Origin: Gemmatimonadaceae bacterium
GTDB taxonomy: Bacteria; Gemmatimonadota; Gemmatimonadetes; Gemmatimonadales; Gemmatimonadaceae
Length of the DNA stretch: 64,000 nucleotides
Reading direction: 5' to 3'
Assembly: GCA_044224875.1 (NCBI GenBank)
Contig: JBGAJQ010000013.1
Coordinates: forward strand, 28,119-92,118
Shown: positions 63,301-64,000 of the stretch, piece after piece
Layout: each line of letters begins with the position of its first letter
Position numbering within the stretch: the first letter of the stretch is position 1
Position numbers and translations under genes: made by a program
Notes under the pieces: generated by a model
What the model saw: the letters and a program-made list of their open reading frames with translations, nothing else
The model's database searches: none
What the model was told of the DNA's origin: nothing

Positions 63301-64000
63301 TGACGATGATAGTGCTCTGGTAGATCGGCGAGGCAGCTGACGGTTATCGTGCGACGTACGCCCGTCCCCAGTCCACCCGCGGCTTCCTCTGTTCCAGGCG
63401 CACCTGACGCGCTTCCTCCCCAGCGTTCCAGTGCTCCCTGCTCGACCAGTCGCTCGAGGTACTCGTCAGCTGAAACACCTCGGGGGAGTGGAAAATCAGG
63501 GAGGGTGGGTCGCAGGTCCGCCAGCCGGAACGCACATCGCTCGGCGATCGCCAGCGTGGCGTCGACCCCTTCCTCGTGTCCCTGCCACCGACGCCGGATC
63601 TGGGCGGGACTCTTCAGGTACCATTCACCGTTCGGACGCAGGCGTGTTCCCATGGCATCCAGCGTCTCGCGGTGCTTCAACGCCAACAAGACGTCGTGCA
63701 CCATGCGTCCGGTGGGGTGCGCATAGTAGACGTCGTTCGTCACGACCCATGGGATTCCTAACGAGTGGGCCAGTGGGATCAGTCCGCGCACGATGTCCCG
63801 CTCTTCTGGCAGGCGATGATCCCAGCACTCGATGGCCACGCGACCGGCGAAGATGTCCAGCAACATCGCCGTGGCCTCGCACGCGCCATCGGGGTCGTCG
63901 GCCGCGATGCGCGACGGTACCCAGCCACGCGGACCTCCGGTGAGGGCGAAGACCCCGGTGGCATGGCGGGCGAGAGTTTCCAGGGTGACCCGAGGCTCTC
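60327..64000 (-). CDS. dnaE2: Error-prone DNA polymerase III alpha (DnaE2); start lies beyond the window
   Basis: PHP segment, GRGSAANS, PDIDLD, SIHVGG, KIDLLGLGML, YGFPESHA, RQRPGTAKG, HNFY end. Frame stays open to the window edge. Confidence 0.95.
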   Translation of the reverse strand, partial: EPRVTLETLARHATGVFALTGGPRGWVPSRIAADDPDGACEATAMLLDIFAGRVAIECWDHRLPEERDIVRGLIPLAHSLGIPWVVTNDVYYAHPTGRMVHDVLLALKHRETLDAMGTRLRPNGEWYLKSPAQIRRRWQGHEEGVDATLAIAERCAFRLADLRPTLPDFPLPRGVSADEYLERLVEQGALERWGGSASGAPGTEEAAGGLGTGVRRTITVSCLADLPEHYHRQIRHELTVIQRLGLAGYFLIVWDIVRFARREGVLCQGRGSAANSAVCYCLGITAIDPVRMELLFERFLSDERKEAPDIDLDFAHRDREKVLQYVYERYGREHAAMVCEHITYRGRSAVRDTARVLGFSVEQANVLSTLSDRFSAKATADALRAGTPAMEMLGRHYDLDPQSDRPGIPNDPRKQKEEWTAERLLAERLGQGMVHGTEMSTRTRQDKEASRRAAGAHAGRPELARKRSSVTLGEGRTQAATDTSQDISPATTVSRRQGASTVATGTPQGISPATTVSRRQGASTVATGTLPDASPATPVVPRQRASTAASDAPQDASSGGSTARPTARASGDAVSSPASPPHAAQRNPVTAIRAAEDPGSVLSQAGLDPHDRRVQMLPEVVAGLHQAPRHRSIHVGGFVLTAEPLSTVVPIEPASMPNRTVIQWERDDLDPAGLVKIDLLGLGMLTVLQDCIVYIRAARGVTIDLAQLDLTDQSVYDDLCAADTIGVFQVESRAQMNTLPRLKPRSFYDIVVEVALIRPGPIQGEMVHPYLRRRAGEEPVTYPHPSLEPILKRTLGVPLFQEQGMQVAVAAAGFTPGQADTLRRAMGHKRSRERMAAICEELIAGMQRNGIPEDVARRIYNQLNGFADYGFPESHAASFALIVYASAYLRHYYAPEFTAAILNAQPMGFYSVGTLIEDARRHGVVVRPADLTRSAWDHTLELSDGRTVVPYDGVVQVETRRQRSSAGAATDPVRSRAPIVRLGVRAVRGLGAAAREKLERALGDGPFRDIPDVVHRAGLDQRTLRALCEAGAFDRMVADVPPLERRRVALWRVLDALRGDAGPLAPQRSRQPQPGEGRHLPAMSRLELTDADYRLTGLSLAGHPMRHLRETLIPNGVRTSRDLNQHGQDGERVALAGLVICRQRPGTAKGFVFLSLEDETGIVNVVVTPKRFERQALLISSAPLLLIRGTLQVEHKVVNLRGEQFTGLRADAGEQWAKGHNFY
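62342..62564 (-). repeat. 69-bp (23-aa) coding tandem repeat, ~3 copies, inside dnaE2
   Basis: GCGTACCAGTGGCAACGGTCGAAGCACCTTGACGACGTGA at 62411 and 62480, with degenerate flanking copies. Peptide unit ISPATTVSRRQGASTVATGTPQG. Confidence 0.9.

Overview
GC-rich bacterial chromosomal segment, probably Gemmatimonadota (inferred from gene content and style, not proven). No rRNA, tRNA, CRISPR array, transposase or prophage was recognised. In order, it contains: an Ig-domain/leishmanolysin-like metalloprotease (5' truncated); a TonB receptor - periplasmic binding protein - hybrid kinase - REC/GGDEF/EAL operon; a split PAS + soluble MCP chemoreceptor; lon with a GMC oxidase and a MacB-type permease; two tandem Ser/Thr kinases, the first broken by a deletion; a frameshifted baeRF-like gene, Hsp20 and a DEAD helicase; a SelW/Rdx selenoprotein missed by the ORF track (CxxU plus a SECIS-like hairpin); pfkA; an SF2 helicase with atypical motif order; ispH; a form II coxSLM-type molybdoenzyme cluster with coxG/D/E, xdhC, MoeA-like, SufU-like and mocA genes; an APC permease with a serine hydrolase-VanX fusion; a GGDEF/EAL protein; a DUF5916-like protein; a DPP IV peptidase; and dnaE2 (runs off the window) carrying a large repeat-containing insertion. 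The strongest unexplained signal is the dispersed motif (C)GTTAGGC. I counted 29 copies by eye, and 24 are written into genes as Leu(TTA)-Gly(GGC) although TTA is normally rare at this GC content. It behaves like a genome-wide DNA signature of the uptake-sequence, Chi or HIP1 type.
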